Shown piece after piece: positions 56,157 to 64,000 of a DNA stretch of 64,000 bases. The stretch spans positions 4,605 through 68,604 of the forward strand of contig JAVZDD010000002.1 of assembly GCA_038874075.1 (NCBI GenBank), in the 5' to 3' direction. Below the pieces are notes generated by a model that was given only the letters and a program-made list of their open reading frames with translations, did no database searches and had not been told where the DNA came from. How positions within the stretch are numbered: the stretch's first letter is position 1; each line of letters starts with the position of its first letter. The translations under genes were made by a program, and so were the position numbers. This DNA comes from Candidatus Nanoarchaeia archaeon. GTDB taxonomy: Archaea > Nanobdellota > Nanobdellia > Jingweiarchaeales > Jingweiarchaeaceae.

Positions 56157-56891
56157 ATGCTGAAGAAAAAAATGAAGATTTTGAGAGAGTATTTAAGACC
56201 TGACTCAAAAAAAATAATTTTAGCATCAATTTTGACGGTATTAATACCTTGTTTATATAACTACATAATAAACTTTTCTCAATTGCAAAATTTTCCATAT
56301 TTTCCAATAAGACCAATAAACGCGATCATCATATGGTTGTTTTTTTATTTTATTGCACATAAAGAAAAATTAAGGTGGAGTAAAATAGTGCAGATCTTCA
56401 TTTTTACCATAATCGCTATTTTTTGGATGGCCATCTTCAAAAATGCAAACTCTTTTCATATGGAAAACTTTGTACTGTTTTTCCTACTGGCTGCACCTTT
56501 TGTTTTTTCAACAATTATTACTTACCTCGTTCTAAAGGAGCGTAAAAAGATTGGATTCCAAAGAATTGGTATAGCCGCTGGCGGAGTATTAAGTCTATTC
56601 TTTTCAAGTCTACTTTGGATTGTTAGTATTCTGTTCTATAATTTTTTTATTGACAAAGCATGGCTCATCATTTCATTACCATTGGTGTTCTTCCTAATTG
56701 CATTATTCTTTGGTTCTGTTTATGGTTGGCTTTACAAAAAATATTTATACAAAAGGAGAGAAATAAAGAGTATATCACGCGCCATGCTTAACATCCTTCT
56801 CTGGCTTGTGCTTTTGCTAATTCCTTGGATTTTTGATTACTTAATAAAAGTTTATCATTTAGAAAAGAAATTATCTAGGGAAGTTGGATGA
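56157..56891 (+). CDS. Polytopic membrane protein
   Basis: 244 aa with about six hydrophobic helices; overlaps start of downstream radical SAM gene. Confidence 0.45.
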   Translation: MLKKKMKILREYLRPDSKKIILASILTVLIPCLYNYIINFSQLQNFPYFPIRPINAIIIWLFFYFIAHKEKLRWSKIVQIFIFTIIAIFWMAIFKNANSFHMENFVLFFLLAAPFVFSTIITYLVLKERKKIGFQRIGIAAGGVLSLFFSSLLWIVSILFYNFFIDKAWLIISLPLVFFLIALFFGSVYGWLYKKYLYKRREIKSISRAMLNILLWLVLLLIPWIFDYLIKVYHLEKKLSREVG

Positions 56892-58336
56892 AGGTATTAT
56901 TCCTTGCGAAGAACATTGAATATGAAGGTCCAATCGGGATTATGTATCTGTCAGCAATTTTAAAGCAACATGGACATGAAACAAAATTAATTGAAACAGA
57001 AAGTGGTAATTTGTGTGAGCAAATCGAACACTTTTCCCCTGACCTAATTGCCTATAGCGTAACAACCGGTTTGCATAAGTATTATTTAAAATTGAATAGG
57101 AAGATAAAAAGTAAATTCAAAATCACATCAGTATTTGGTGGTCCTCACCCAACATATTTTCCTGAAATGATAAAGGAGGAAGGGGTCGATGTGATTTGCA
57201 TTGGAGAGGGTGAACTTGCATTCGCAGAACTTGCAGACAAGATGGAAAAAGGCGAAGATATCACAAGAATTAAGAACTTGTGGGTCAAAAAGAACAATAA
57301 AATTTTCAAGAATAGTGTGAGACCCTTAATTGCCGATCTAGATGCGATTCCATTCGCAGATAGAGAACTTTTGTATGAATTCAATCCAAAATTTAAGAGT
57401 TATCCAATCACATTTTTTCTTGCAAGCAGAGGTTGCCCTTATGCTTGTCCTTATTGTTTCAATCCAACACTCGCAAAGCTATACAAAAACAAAGGTTGGA
57501 AGATCAGAAGGAGAAGTGTTGATAATTTAATTGAAGAAATTGAATTAGTTAGAAGGAAGCAGGCACTTCAGTTTATCCAATTTGTGGATAGTATTTTCAT
57601 CACAGATGAAAAATGGCTTGAAGAATTCACTGAAAAATACTCGAAAAAAATTGGAATTCCTTTTTATTGTCATGTAAGAGCAAATTTAGTGAATTGGAAA
57701 GTCGTGAAATTATTAAAAAAAGCCAATTGTGCAAGTGTTGGAATGGGTATTGAGTGCGGAGATGATAAAATCAGGAACAAAGTACTCAGGAGAAATATGA
57801 GTAAGAAACAGATAATAGATGCGTGTAAATTAATTAAAAAAGCTGGAATAAGGATATCATCACAAAACATGTTCGGTCTACCTGGTGGCTCCATCGAATC
57901 TGACATTGAAACAATAAAATTAAACATTCAATGTGGGGTCGACTATCCGGTAATTATGCTTTGGCAACCATATCCAAGAACAGAGCTTGCAGAGTATGCG
58001 ATTCAGAATGGATATTTTGATGGTGATTATGAAAGGATAGATTTCAGCTACTACTCTAATTCTGTAATCAAATTCAAAAAGGGTGAAAAGGAAAAAATTG
58101 AAAATTTACAAAAATTGGGTGCAATTGCAGTTGAGGCACCATTCCTATTACCAGTTATTTTGAAACTAATAAAATTACCAAAAAATACATTTTTTGACTC
58201 TATCTTCAGGGCATGGTACAGTTATTGCTGTGAAACAAGAATTACCCCCCATCAACTTTCATTTGAAGAGATGATACAAAAAATAAGACCATTGTTTGGG
58301 TTGCATCACATAAAAGGAGGTAAATTGGATGTCTAA
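56888..58336 (+). CDS. B12-binding domain radical SAM protein
   Basis: N-terminal B12-binding-like region (IMYLSAILKQHGHE), radical-SAM CxxxCxxC (SRGCPYACPYC). Confidence 0.65.
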   Translation: MKVLFLAKNIEYEGPIGIMYLSAILKQHGHETKLIETESGNLCEQIEHFSPDLIAYSVTTGLHKYYLKLNRKIKSKFKITSVFGGPHPTYFPEMIKEEGVDVICIGEGELAFAELADKMEKGEDITRIKNLWVKKNNKIFKNSVRPLIADLDAIPFADRELLYEFNPKFKSYPITFFLASRGCPYACPYCFNPTLAKLYKNKGWKIRRRSVDNLIEEIELVRRKQALQFIQFVDSIFITDEKWLEEFTEKYSKKIGIPFYCHVRANLVNWKVVKLLKKANCASVGMGIECGDDKIRNKVLRRNMSKKQIIDACKLIKKAGIRISSQNMFGLPGGSIESDIETIKLNIQCGVDYPVIMLWQPYPRTELAEYAIQNGYFDGDYERIDFSYYSNSVIKFKKGEKEKIENLQKLGAIAVEAPFLLPVILKLIKLPKNTFFDSIFRAWYSYCCETRITPHQLSFEEMIQKIRPLFGLHHIKGGKLDV

Positions 58337-58475
58337 GGATGGATTTAAAATTTTGCAAGAGTTAAGGAAGAAAATCGTGCTCGTTCTAGTTATTTTATTC
58401 GCGCTGTTAATCGCACTTTGGCTTTACTTGAGCAGATATGCCAATAAAGCGACGATGCACACACCATACGAGTAG
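58329..58475 (+). CDS. Putative 48-aa single-TM micro-protein
   Basis: ATG overlapping the radical SAM stop; SD AGGAGGT 7 nt upstream; one hydrophobic helix. Not in ORF track. Confidence 0.3.
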   Translation: MSKDGFKILQELRKKIVLVLVILFALLIALWLYLSRYANKATMHTPYE

Positions 58476-58510
58476 TTAAGTATATAAATACTACTTTTTT
58501 GTAGTAGTAG

Positions 58511-58831
58511 ATGAAAATGTCAGAAAATGAGAACCCATACATTGAAACAATAAAAAACATGCTTCCTTATTTAGAAGTACTCAAAATCGAAGAGGATGAA
58601 GACTCAAAGAGGGTAGTGTATAGCGAAAAATTGGAAAATCGTGGTGTCGCATTAGAATTGAAAAAGGAAGATGACACTGTTAATACTGTGTTATTTTACA
58701 TCGCCAGTGTTGACAAAAAAGGAAATTTTTTCTCCATACCAAAACCAGTAATATCAAAAACATTGCCTGGAAAATTGTTAGACATGGATCCAAATTCACT
58801 ACTAAGATTATTATTAGAAGAATGGTTTTAA
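58511..58831 (+). CDS. Hypothetical protein
   Basis: 106 aa ORF, no recognisable motif. Confidence 0.4.
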   Translation: MKMSENENPYIETIKNMLPYLEVLKIEEDEDSKRVVYSEKLENRGVALELKKEDDTVNTVLFYIASVDKKGNFFSIPKPVISKTLPGKLLDMDPNSLLRLLLEEWF

Positions 58832-59023
58832 CTTTTTCTTAAATAAAAAAATGAACCACAAAACAAAAGATTTAAATAAAATAAAAACCGAAAAATATAA
58901 ATATAAGCAAAGCTAAAAGAGGTAGTGATGTTGTGCTTAAAGTTGCTATTTAGAGGTAAGAATGCTCCGATTTCTGATGAGGAATTTAAAATTAAAATTT
59001 TGAAAAACTAGTTGAGAAAATGT

Positions 59024-59233
59024 GGGCCCGTAGCTCAGTCTGGAAGAGCATCTGTTGGAGGCAGAGAAAAATGTTTAATACATGTATTATTCCAATTACA
59101 CTTAAGATAAATTTCTTCTCTTCTCCATTCTTCAATCATTCTCTCATTCCTTCTCCAATTTCATTCTCAATTTCTCTGCCTTCAGATGTTGCTTTTAACC
59201 AGGTGGTCGCGGGTTCAAATCCCGTCGGGCCCA
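59024..59233 (+). tRNA. Intron-containing tRNA gene (about 136-nt intron); preferred reading tRNA-Lys(TTT), alternative tRNA-Ser(GGA)
   Basis: 5' half GGGCCCG-TA-GCTC-AGTCTGGAA-GAGC and 3' half CTTTTAA-CCAGG-TGGTC-GCGGG-TTCAAAT-CCCGT-CGGGCCC-A are separated by a CT-rich insert; 10-bp helix GGAGGCAGAG/CTCTGCCTTC inside insert. Track ORF 59020..59241 is spurious. Confidence 0.6.
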
Positions 59234-59245
59234 CTAGGTGAGAAA

Positions 59246-59491
59246 ATGGAAAAAAAGAAATTAGATTTATTTGCGCACATATGGGTGCCTAAGCACCGGA
59301 TAATGAGTGAAGAAGAAAAAGAAGAATTACTTAAAAAGTACAACATCACATTACAACAGCTCCCAAGAATTCTTGTGAATGATCCGATCTGTAAGGAGTT
59401 AAAGGCAAAGGTTGGAGATGTAATAGAAATCGAAAGAGATTCACCAACTGCTGGAAAAGCAATGTACTATCGTGTTGTTGTGCTTGAATAG
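59246..59491 (+). CDS. rpoH: DNA-directed RNA polymerase subunit H (Rpo5)
   Basis: [22 protein letters not shown]...[14 protein letters not shown]...[22 protein letters not shown]; SD AGGTGAG 4 nt upstream of ATG; track extension upstream is tRNA sequence. Confidence 0.9.
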   Translation: MEKKKLDLFAHIWVPKHRIMSEEEKEELLKKYNITLQQLPRILVNDPICKELKAKVGDVIEIERDSPTAGKAMYYRVVVLE

Positions 59492-59496
59492 GTGAA

Positions 59497-61002
59497 ATGA
59501 TGGATAAAGAAAAGATAATTTTGGATGCATATTTCAAGGATAGAAGCATTATCATTCACAACATCGAATCATTTAACAAGTTCATTGACAAGGGAATGCA
59601 AAGAGTTGTTGATGAAATTGGTGGGATCTCTTCTGATATTCTTCCAGAAGATATTCAAAGCTTGAAGATAAAGTTTGGTAAAATCACAGTAGAAAAACCA
59701 CACACACAAGAAGCAGAAGGCATCGCTGAAGAAATAACACCGATGCAAGCAAGATTGAGAAACATCACATATGAATCACCAATAATTTTGGAAATGGTGA
59801 TGGAGAAAGATGGTGTAGAGATAGAGAGAAACAACATACGCATTGGTAGTATACCTATTATGTTAAAATCAAAATATTGTGTGTTGAACGGAAAAACGGA
59901 GGAAGAGTTGATTGAATACGGTGAAGATCCAAATGACCCTGGTGGTTACTTTATCATAAATGGTACTGAAAGGATTATTGTCATTATTGAAGACCTAGCA
60001 CCGAATAAAGTCTTTACTGAGACAGATAAGACGGGCCCATTCCCAACAATTGCAAAAATATTCTCAGAAGACACACAATATAGAATTCCTCATGTGCTTG
60101 AGAGATCTAAGGACGGGATTATATACGTAAGTTTTGCAAGAGCAAATAAAGTACCATTTGCGATTTTGATGAAAGCGCTCGGGATCACAAATGAGAAAGC
60201 AATTGTGAGCGCAGTTTCTGATGATGAAAAACTTTTCAGTGACTTGTATATCAATCTTTATGAAACAAGTGAAATAAAGAGTGAGGAAGATGCGCTTGAT
60301 TTCATTGGAAGAAAACTTGGTGTTACATACTCAAAACCAAAAAGAGTTGAAAGAGCATGTGAAGTAATAGATAAATTCCTTTTCCCTCACATAGGTCATT
60401 CAGAATATGATCGACTTCCAAAGGCTTATTTCCTTGCAAAAACAATTAAGAAATTATTGCTTGTCTCCCAGGGAGTATTTCCAGAAGATGACAAGGATCA
60501 TTATTCAAATAAAAGATTAAGGCTCTGTGGAGACATGCTAGAAACATTGTTCAGGTTCTCCTTCAGAATGCTCGTCGGAGACATGAAATATAATTTAGAG
60601 AGATTATTAAAAAGAGGAAGACTTCCAACACTCCAAGCAATAACTAGAGCGCAATTATTAACATCAAGAATAAGAAGTGCATTGGCAACTGGAGAATGGA
60701 TTGGTGAAAGACATGGTATAAGTCAGCACATTGACCGATTGAATCATTTTGCCACGCTTTCACATCTAAGAAGAGTTGTTTCCTTACTCACCGCAAGTAG
60801 AGAAAATTTCGAAGCAAGAGATTTGCACCCAACGCAATGGGGAAGACTTTGTTCTCATGAAAGTCCAGAAGGTCCTGGCATTGGATTAAGAAAAAATCTT
60901 GCAATCACATGTGAGATTTCGACCGAATGTAGCATAAGCGATGAAGAATTGATTCAGCAGTTAAAAAATTTTGGTTTGAATGAGATTGGTGGGAAAAAAT
61001 GA
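59497..61002 (+). CDS. rpoB2: DNA-directed RNA polymerase subunit B'' (N-terminal half of split Rpo2)
   Basis: 501 aa with conserved RpoB N-terminal blocks (GGYFIINGTERIIV, HLRRV); start overlaps following gene. Confidence 0.9.
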   Translation: MMDKEKIILDAYFKDRSIIIHNIESFNKFIDKGMQRVVDEIGGISSDILPEDIQSLKIKFGKITVEKPHTQEAEGIAEEITPMQARLRNITYESPIILEMVMEKDGVEIERNNIRIGSIPIMLKSKYCVLNGKTEEELIEYGEDPNDPGGYFIINGTERIIVIIEDLAPNKVFTETDKTGPFPTIAKIFSEDTQYRIPHVLERSKDGIIYVSFARANKVPFAILMKALGITNEKAIVSAVSDDEKLFSDLYINLYETSEIKSEEDALDFIGRKLGVTYSKPKRVERACEVIDKFLFPHIGHSEYDRLPKAYFLAKTIKKLLLVSQGVFPEDDKDHYSNKRLRLCGDMLETLFRFSFRMLVGDMKYNLERLLKRGRLPTLQAITRAQLLTSRIRSALATGEWIGERHGISQHIDRLNHFATLSHLRRVVSLLTASRENFEARDLHPTQWGRLCSHESPEGPGIGLRKNLAITCEISTECSISDEELIQQLKNFGLNEIGGKK

Positions 61003-62798
61003 GTGATGTTTTTTTAAATGGTAAGTTTGTTGGAGAAGTAAAAGAACCAGAAAAGTTTGTTCAGAAAATAAGAGAAAACAGGAGAAACGGTGTCTTACCA
61101 AATGAAATAAATGTTTCTTACCATGAAGAGCGAGATGAAGTTTACATAAGCACCGAAAAGGGGAGAGCAAGGAGACCGCTTATTGTTGTTGAAAATGGAA
61201 AGCCAAAATTAACAAAGGAGCACCTTGAAAAATTACAAAAAGGAGAGATCAGATGGTCTGACTTGGTTAAGGAAGGCGTGATTGAATATTTGGATGCAGA
61301 TGAGGAGGAAAATTGTTATATTGCAATTAACGAAAATGAATTGACAAAGGAACATACTCATCTTGAAATTTCACCGCTTGTAATCCTTGGTTCTCAAGCA
61401 GCGATGATACCCTACGCTGAGCACAATCTAAGTGTAAGGATCCTCATTGGTGCTAAAGTAATAAAGCAAAGTTTGGGTATATATGCTGCAAATTTCTTAC
61501 TTAGAATGGATACTGATTCCTCAATTTTACACTACCCGCAACGTCCGATTGTTAAGACAAAAATCTATGACACAATAAATTATGATTCGCATCCAGCAGC
61601 TCAGAATATTGTTGTAGCAATCATGTCTTTTGAAGGATATAACATGGAAGATGCGATTATTATGAATAAAGCAAGTATAGAAAGGGGTCTTTACAGATCG
61701 ACATACTATAGACCATACAAAACAGAAGAACTAAGATACTCTGGTGGTCAAGTAGACAAGATAAAAATCCCTGAAAAGGATATCAAAGGCTATAGAACAG
61801 AAGAGGCATATCGTTATTTGGAAGAAGATGGTATTATATATCCCGAGGCAGAAGTGAAGGCTGGGGATGTATTGATTGGAAAAACATCACCACCAAGATT
61901 TTTAACCAGTTTAGAGGAATTCAAAGTAGGTCTGGAATCAAGAAGAGAGACATCCGTGCCTGTGAGACACGGTGAAAAAGGCATCGTTGAAAGTGTTATA
62001 TTGACGGAAAGCGAAGAAGGAAATAGATTTGTAAAGGTAAAAGTGAGAGATTTAAGAGTACCTGAACTTGGTGATAAGTTTGCAAATAGACACGGACAAA
62101 AAGGGGTTGTTGGCTTGATCGTACCTCAGGAGGACATGCCTTTTTCTGCTTCTGGTGTGATTCCCGATATCATTTTCTCACCACATTCAATTCCATCAAG
62201 GATGACTGTGGGACACTTGATTGAATTAATTGGTGGAAAAGTTGGAGCACTGGGTGGAAAGTACATTGATGGTACTGCGTGGAGTGGGCAAGATGAATTC
62301 GAATTGAGAAAGCAGCTCAAGCAACTTGGATTTAGGGAAGATGGAAGTGAAACACTTTATGACGGTGCAACTGGCAAGAAATACAAAGCGAGGATATTCA
62401 TTGGAGAAATGTATTATTCCAAACTTAGACACATGGTTGCAAATAAGATACATGCAAGATCAAGAGGTCCTGTCCAACTTTTAACGAGACAGCCAACTGA
62501 AGGCAGAAGTAAGGAGGGAGGTCTCAGGTTAGGAGAAATGGAAAAAGATTGTTTTGTTGCGCATGGTGCAAGTTTACTCCTAAAAGAAAGATTTGATTCT
62601 GATAAGACGGTTGTACCAATCTGTAAGAAATGTGGCTTAGTCGCAATCTACAATAAGTACCGAGACAAAGGAAGATGTCCTGTTTGTGGTGAAGATGCTC
62701 CAATTGTTTTCATCGAAATGAGTTATGCATTCAAATTGCTGTTAGATGAACTGAAAAGCTTGTGTATTTATCCAAAATTGATTGTGAGGTTTAAATAG
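60999..62798 (+). CDS. rpoB1: DNA-directed RNA polymerase subunit B' (C-terminal half of split Rpo2)
   Basis: 599 aa with RpoB C-terminal blocks (NRHGQKGV, GEMEKDCFVAHGA) and C-terminal zinc ribbon CKKCG...CPVCG. Confidence 0.9.
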   Translation: MSDVFLNGKFVGEVKEPEKFVQKIRENRRNGVLPNEINVSYHEERDEVYISTEKGRARRPLIVVENGKPKLTKEHLEKLQKGEIRWSDLVKEGVIEYLDADEEENCYIAINENELTKEHTHLEISPLVILGSQAAMIPYAEHNLSVRILIGAKVIKQSLGIYAANFLLRMDTDSSILHYPQRPIVKTKIYDTINYDSHPAAQNIVVAIMSFEGYNMEDAIIMNKASIERGLYRSTYYRPYKTEELRYSGGQVDKIKIPEKDIKGYRTEEAYRYLEEDGIIYPEAEVKAGDVLIGKTSPPRFLTSLEEFKVGLESRRETSVPVRHGEKGIVESVILTESEEGNRFVKVKVRDLRVPELGDKFANRHGQKGVVGLIVPQEDMPFSASGVIPDIIFSPHSIPSRMTVGHLIELIGGKVGALGGKYIDGTAWSGQDEFELRKQLKQLGFREDGSETLYDGATGKKYKARIFIGEMYYSKLRHMVANKIHARSRGPVQLLTRQPTEGRSKEGGLRLGEMEKDCFVAHGASLLLKERFDSDKTVVPICKKCGLVAIYNKYRDKGRCPVCGEDAPIVFIEMSYAFKLLLDELKSLCIYPKLIVRFK

Positions 62799-62807
62799 GT
62801 GTGTCAA

Positions 62808-64000
62808 ATGGCACAAGTAATAAAGGAAAAGATTGATGCGATTGAATTTAGGATTCTTTCACCAGCAATAATTAGAAAGATGGGTGTTGTGAAGATAATT
62901 ACTCCAGATCTTTACGATGCGGATGGTTACCCAATTGAAGGAGGTTTGATGGATTTAAGAATGGGTGTTGTTGATCCTGGTTTGAGGTGTAGGACCTGTG
63001 GTGGGAGGGTAAAGGAATGTCCAGGGCATTTTGGTTACATTGAATTGGCAAGACCAGTTATACACATTAAATATATTCCATGGATTTATGATTTCTTGAG
63101 GTGCACTTGTAGTGATTGTGGTAAAATTTTGCTCGAAGAGAAAGAAATTGAGAAATGGAAAAAGAGACTCGATAAAATAAAGAAAACAAAAGGAGAACTT
63201 GCAAAGTGGAATGTAATTAAACTAATTTCTCAGAAAGCAAAAAATGCAAAGGTTTGCCCGCACTGTGATGCTAAGAAAAAGAAGATAAGATATGAAAAAC
63301 CGCTAACTTTCATCGAAGGTGAAACTAAACTTACACCAATTGATATAAGGGAAAGACTTGAAAAAATTCCAGATGAGCATTCTGAGCTGCTTGGTTTGGA
63401 TCCACAAGCAGGAAGACCTGAATGGATGGTCCTAACATTGCTTCCTGTTCCACCTGTAACTGTTAGACCAAGCATTACATTGGAAAGCGGACAAAGAAGT
63501 GAAGATGACTTGACACACAAACTTGGTGACATTATAAGAACAAATCAAAGGTTGTTCGAGAATTTAAATGCTGGGGCACCAGAGATAATCATTGAGGACC
63601 TTTGGGATTTGTTGCAGTATCACATCACAACATTTTTTACAAACAATGTTTCACAGATACCTCCAGCAAGGCATAGATCAGGTAGACCATTAAAAACGCT
63701 AGCTCAAAGAATAAGGAGTAAGGAAGGTAGATTCAGGAGGAATTTGGCAGGTAAAAGGGTGAATTTCTCTGCAAGAACTGTAATATCCCCCGACGCAAGG
63801 ATAAAAATAGATGAAGTTGGCATTCCAATTGATATTGCAAAGGAACTTACAATACCAGAGAGAGTAAATGAATGGAACATAGACTGGTTAAAAGAATTCA
63901 TAAAGAGAGGACCAAATGAGCATCCGGGTGCGAATTATGTAATTACGCCTGAAGGGAAAAGAAAAAGGATTACAGACGAAACAAAAAAACAAATAATAGA
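62808..64000 (+). CDS. rpoA1: DNA-directed RNA polymerase subunit A' (Rpo1 N-terminal part), partial at window end
   Basis: ATG 62808; translation MAQVIKEKIDAIEFRILSPAIIRKMGVV...RCRTCGGRVKECPGHFGYIELARPV (zinc-binding clamp N-terminus); no stop before window end. Confidence 0.9.
   Translation, partial: MAQVIKEKIDAIEFRILSPAIIRKMGVVKIITPDLYDADGYPIEGGLMDLRMGVVDPGLRCRTCGGRVKECPGHFGYIELARPVIHIKYIPWIYDFLRCTCSDCGKILLEEKEIEKWKKRLDKIKKTKGELAKWNVIKLISQKAKNAKVCPHCDAKKKKIRYEKPLTFIEGETKLTPIDIRERLEKIPDEHSELLGLDPQAGRPEWMVLTLLPVPPVTVRPSITLESGQRSEDDLTHKLGDIIRTNQRLFENLNAGAPEIIIEDLWDLLQYHITTFFTNNVSQIPPARHRSGRPLKTLAQRIRSKEGRFRRNLAGKRVNFSARTVISPDARIKIDEVGIPIDIAKELTIPERVNEWNIDWLKEFIKRGPNEHPGANYVITPEGKRKRITDETKKQII

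Noticed and set aside
58832-59023. Possible C/D box sRNA (CTGATGA at about 58968)
   Set aside because: A C-box-like TGATGA is present but no properly spaced D box (CTGA) or second box pair; also checked the tRNA intron, which has no C/D boxes.
59020-59241. 73-aa plus-strand ORF
   Set aside because: Entirely contained in the intron-containing tRNA gene; the pyrimidine-rich intron happens to lack stop codons.
59186-59245. N-terminal 20 codons of the track ORF for rpoH
   Set aside because: This extension is the tRNA T-arm and acceptor sequence read in frame; real start is ATG 59246 with SD AGGTGAG.
1-64000. Mobile elements, integrases, transposases, CRISPR arrays, rRNA genes
   Set aside because: Scanned translations and repeats by eye; none found. 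tRNA-adjacent regions lack integrase-like ORFs or obvious att-type direct repeats.

Overview
This 64-kb window reads as a gene-dense, AT-rich archaeal chromosome segment (GC looks near 30% by eye; not computed). Archaeal identity rests on a split RNA polymerase B subunit inside an rpoH-rpoB''-rpoB'-rpoA' operon at the 3' end, an rps13-rps4-rps11-rpoD block, archaeal-type TrpRS, an MBF1-like zinc-ribbon/HTH protein, archaemetzincin, AlaX and a TFB-type zinc ribbon protein. I call about 80 protein-coding genes and 8 tRNA genes; three or four tRNAs carry introns, including one of about 136 nt directly upstream of rpoH. I found no rRNA, CRISPR array, transposase or integrase. Many genes have strong Shine-Dalgarno sequences (GGAGG/GGTGA), and several appear leaderless. 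Housekeeping content includes acetyl-CoA synthetase, alpha-glucan phosphorylase, MoaA, ThiI, inorganic pyrophosphatase, an aminotransferase, an HDAC-like deacetylase, a Nudix hydrolase and an ABC-2 transporter. The most interesting region is a translationally coupled five-gene operon (8125-13407) of prepilin-like proteins, including a 923-aa vWA-domain protein, flanked by a convergent membrane-anchored beta-helix protein. Other candidates are a cysteine-rich modular secreted protein (4774-6156), a six-gene minus-strand cluster led by an NDT/DNPH1-like protein (41295-45519), and a zinc-ribbon gene followed by a hyper-acidic repeat micro-ORF (3752-4068). The scrambled operon order and many small hypothetical proteins hint at a reduced genome (possibly DPANN-like), but that is inference only. 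All calls come from reading the sequence and ORF translations; no database search was run.
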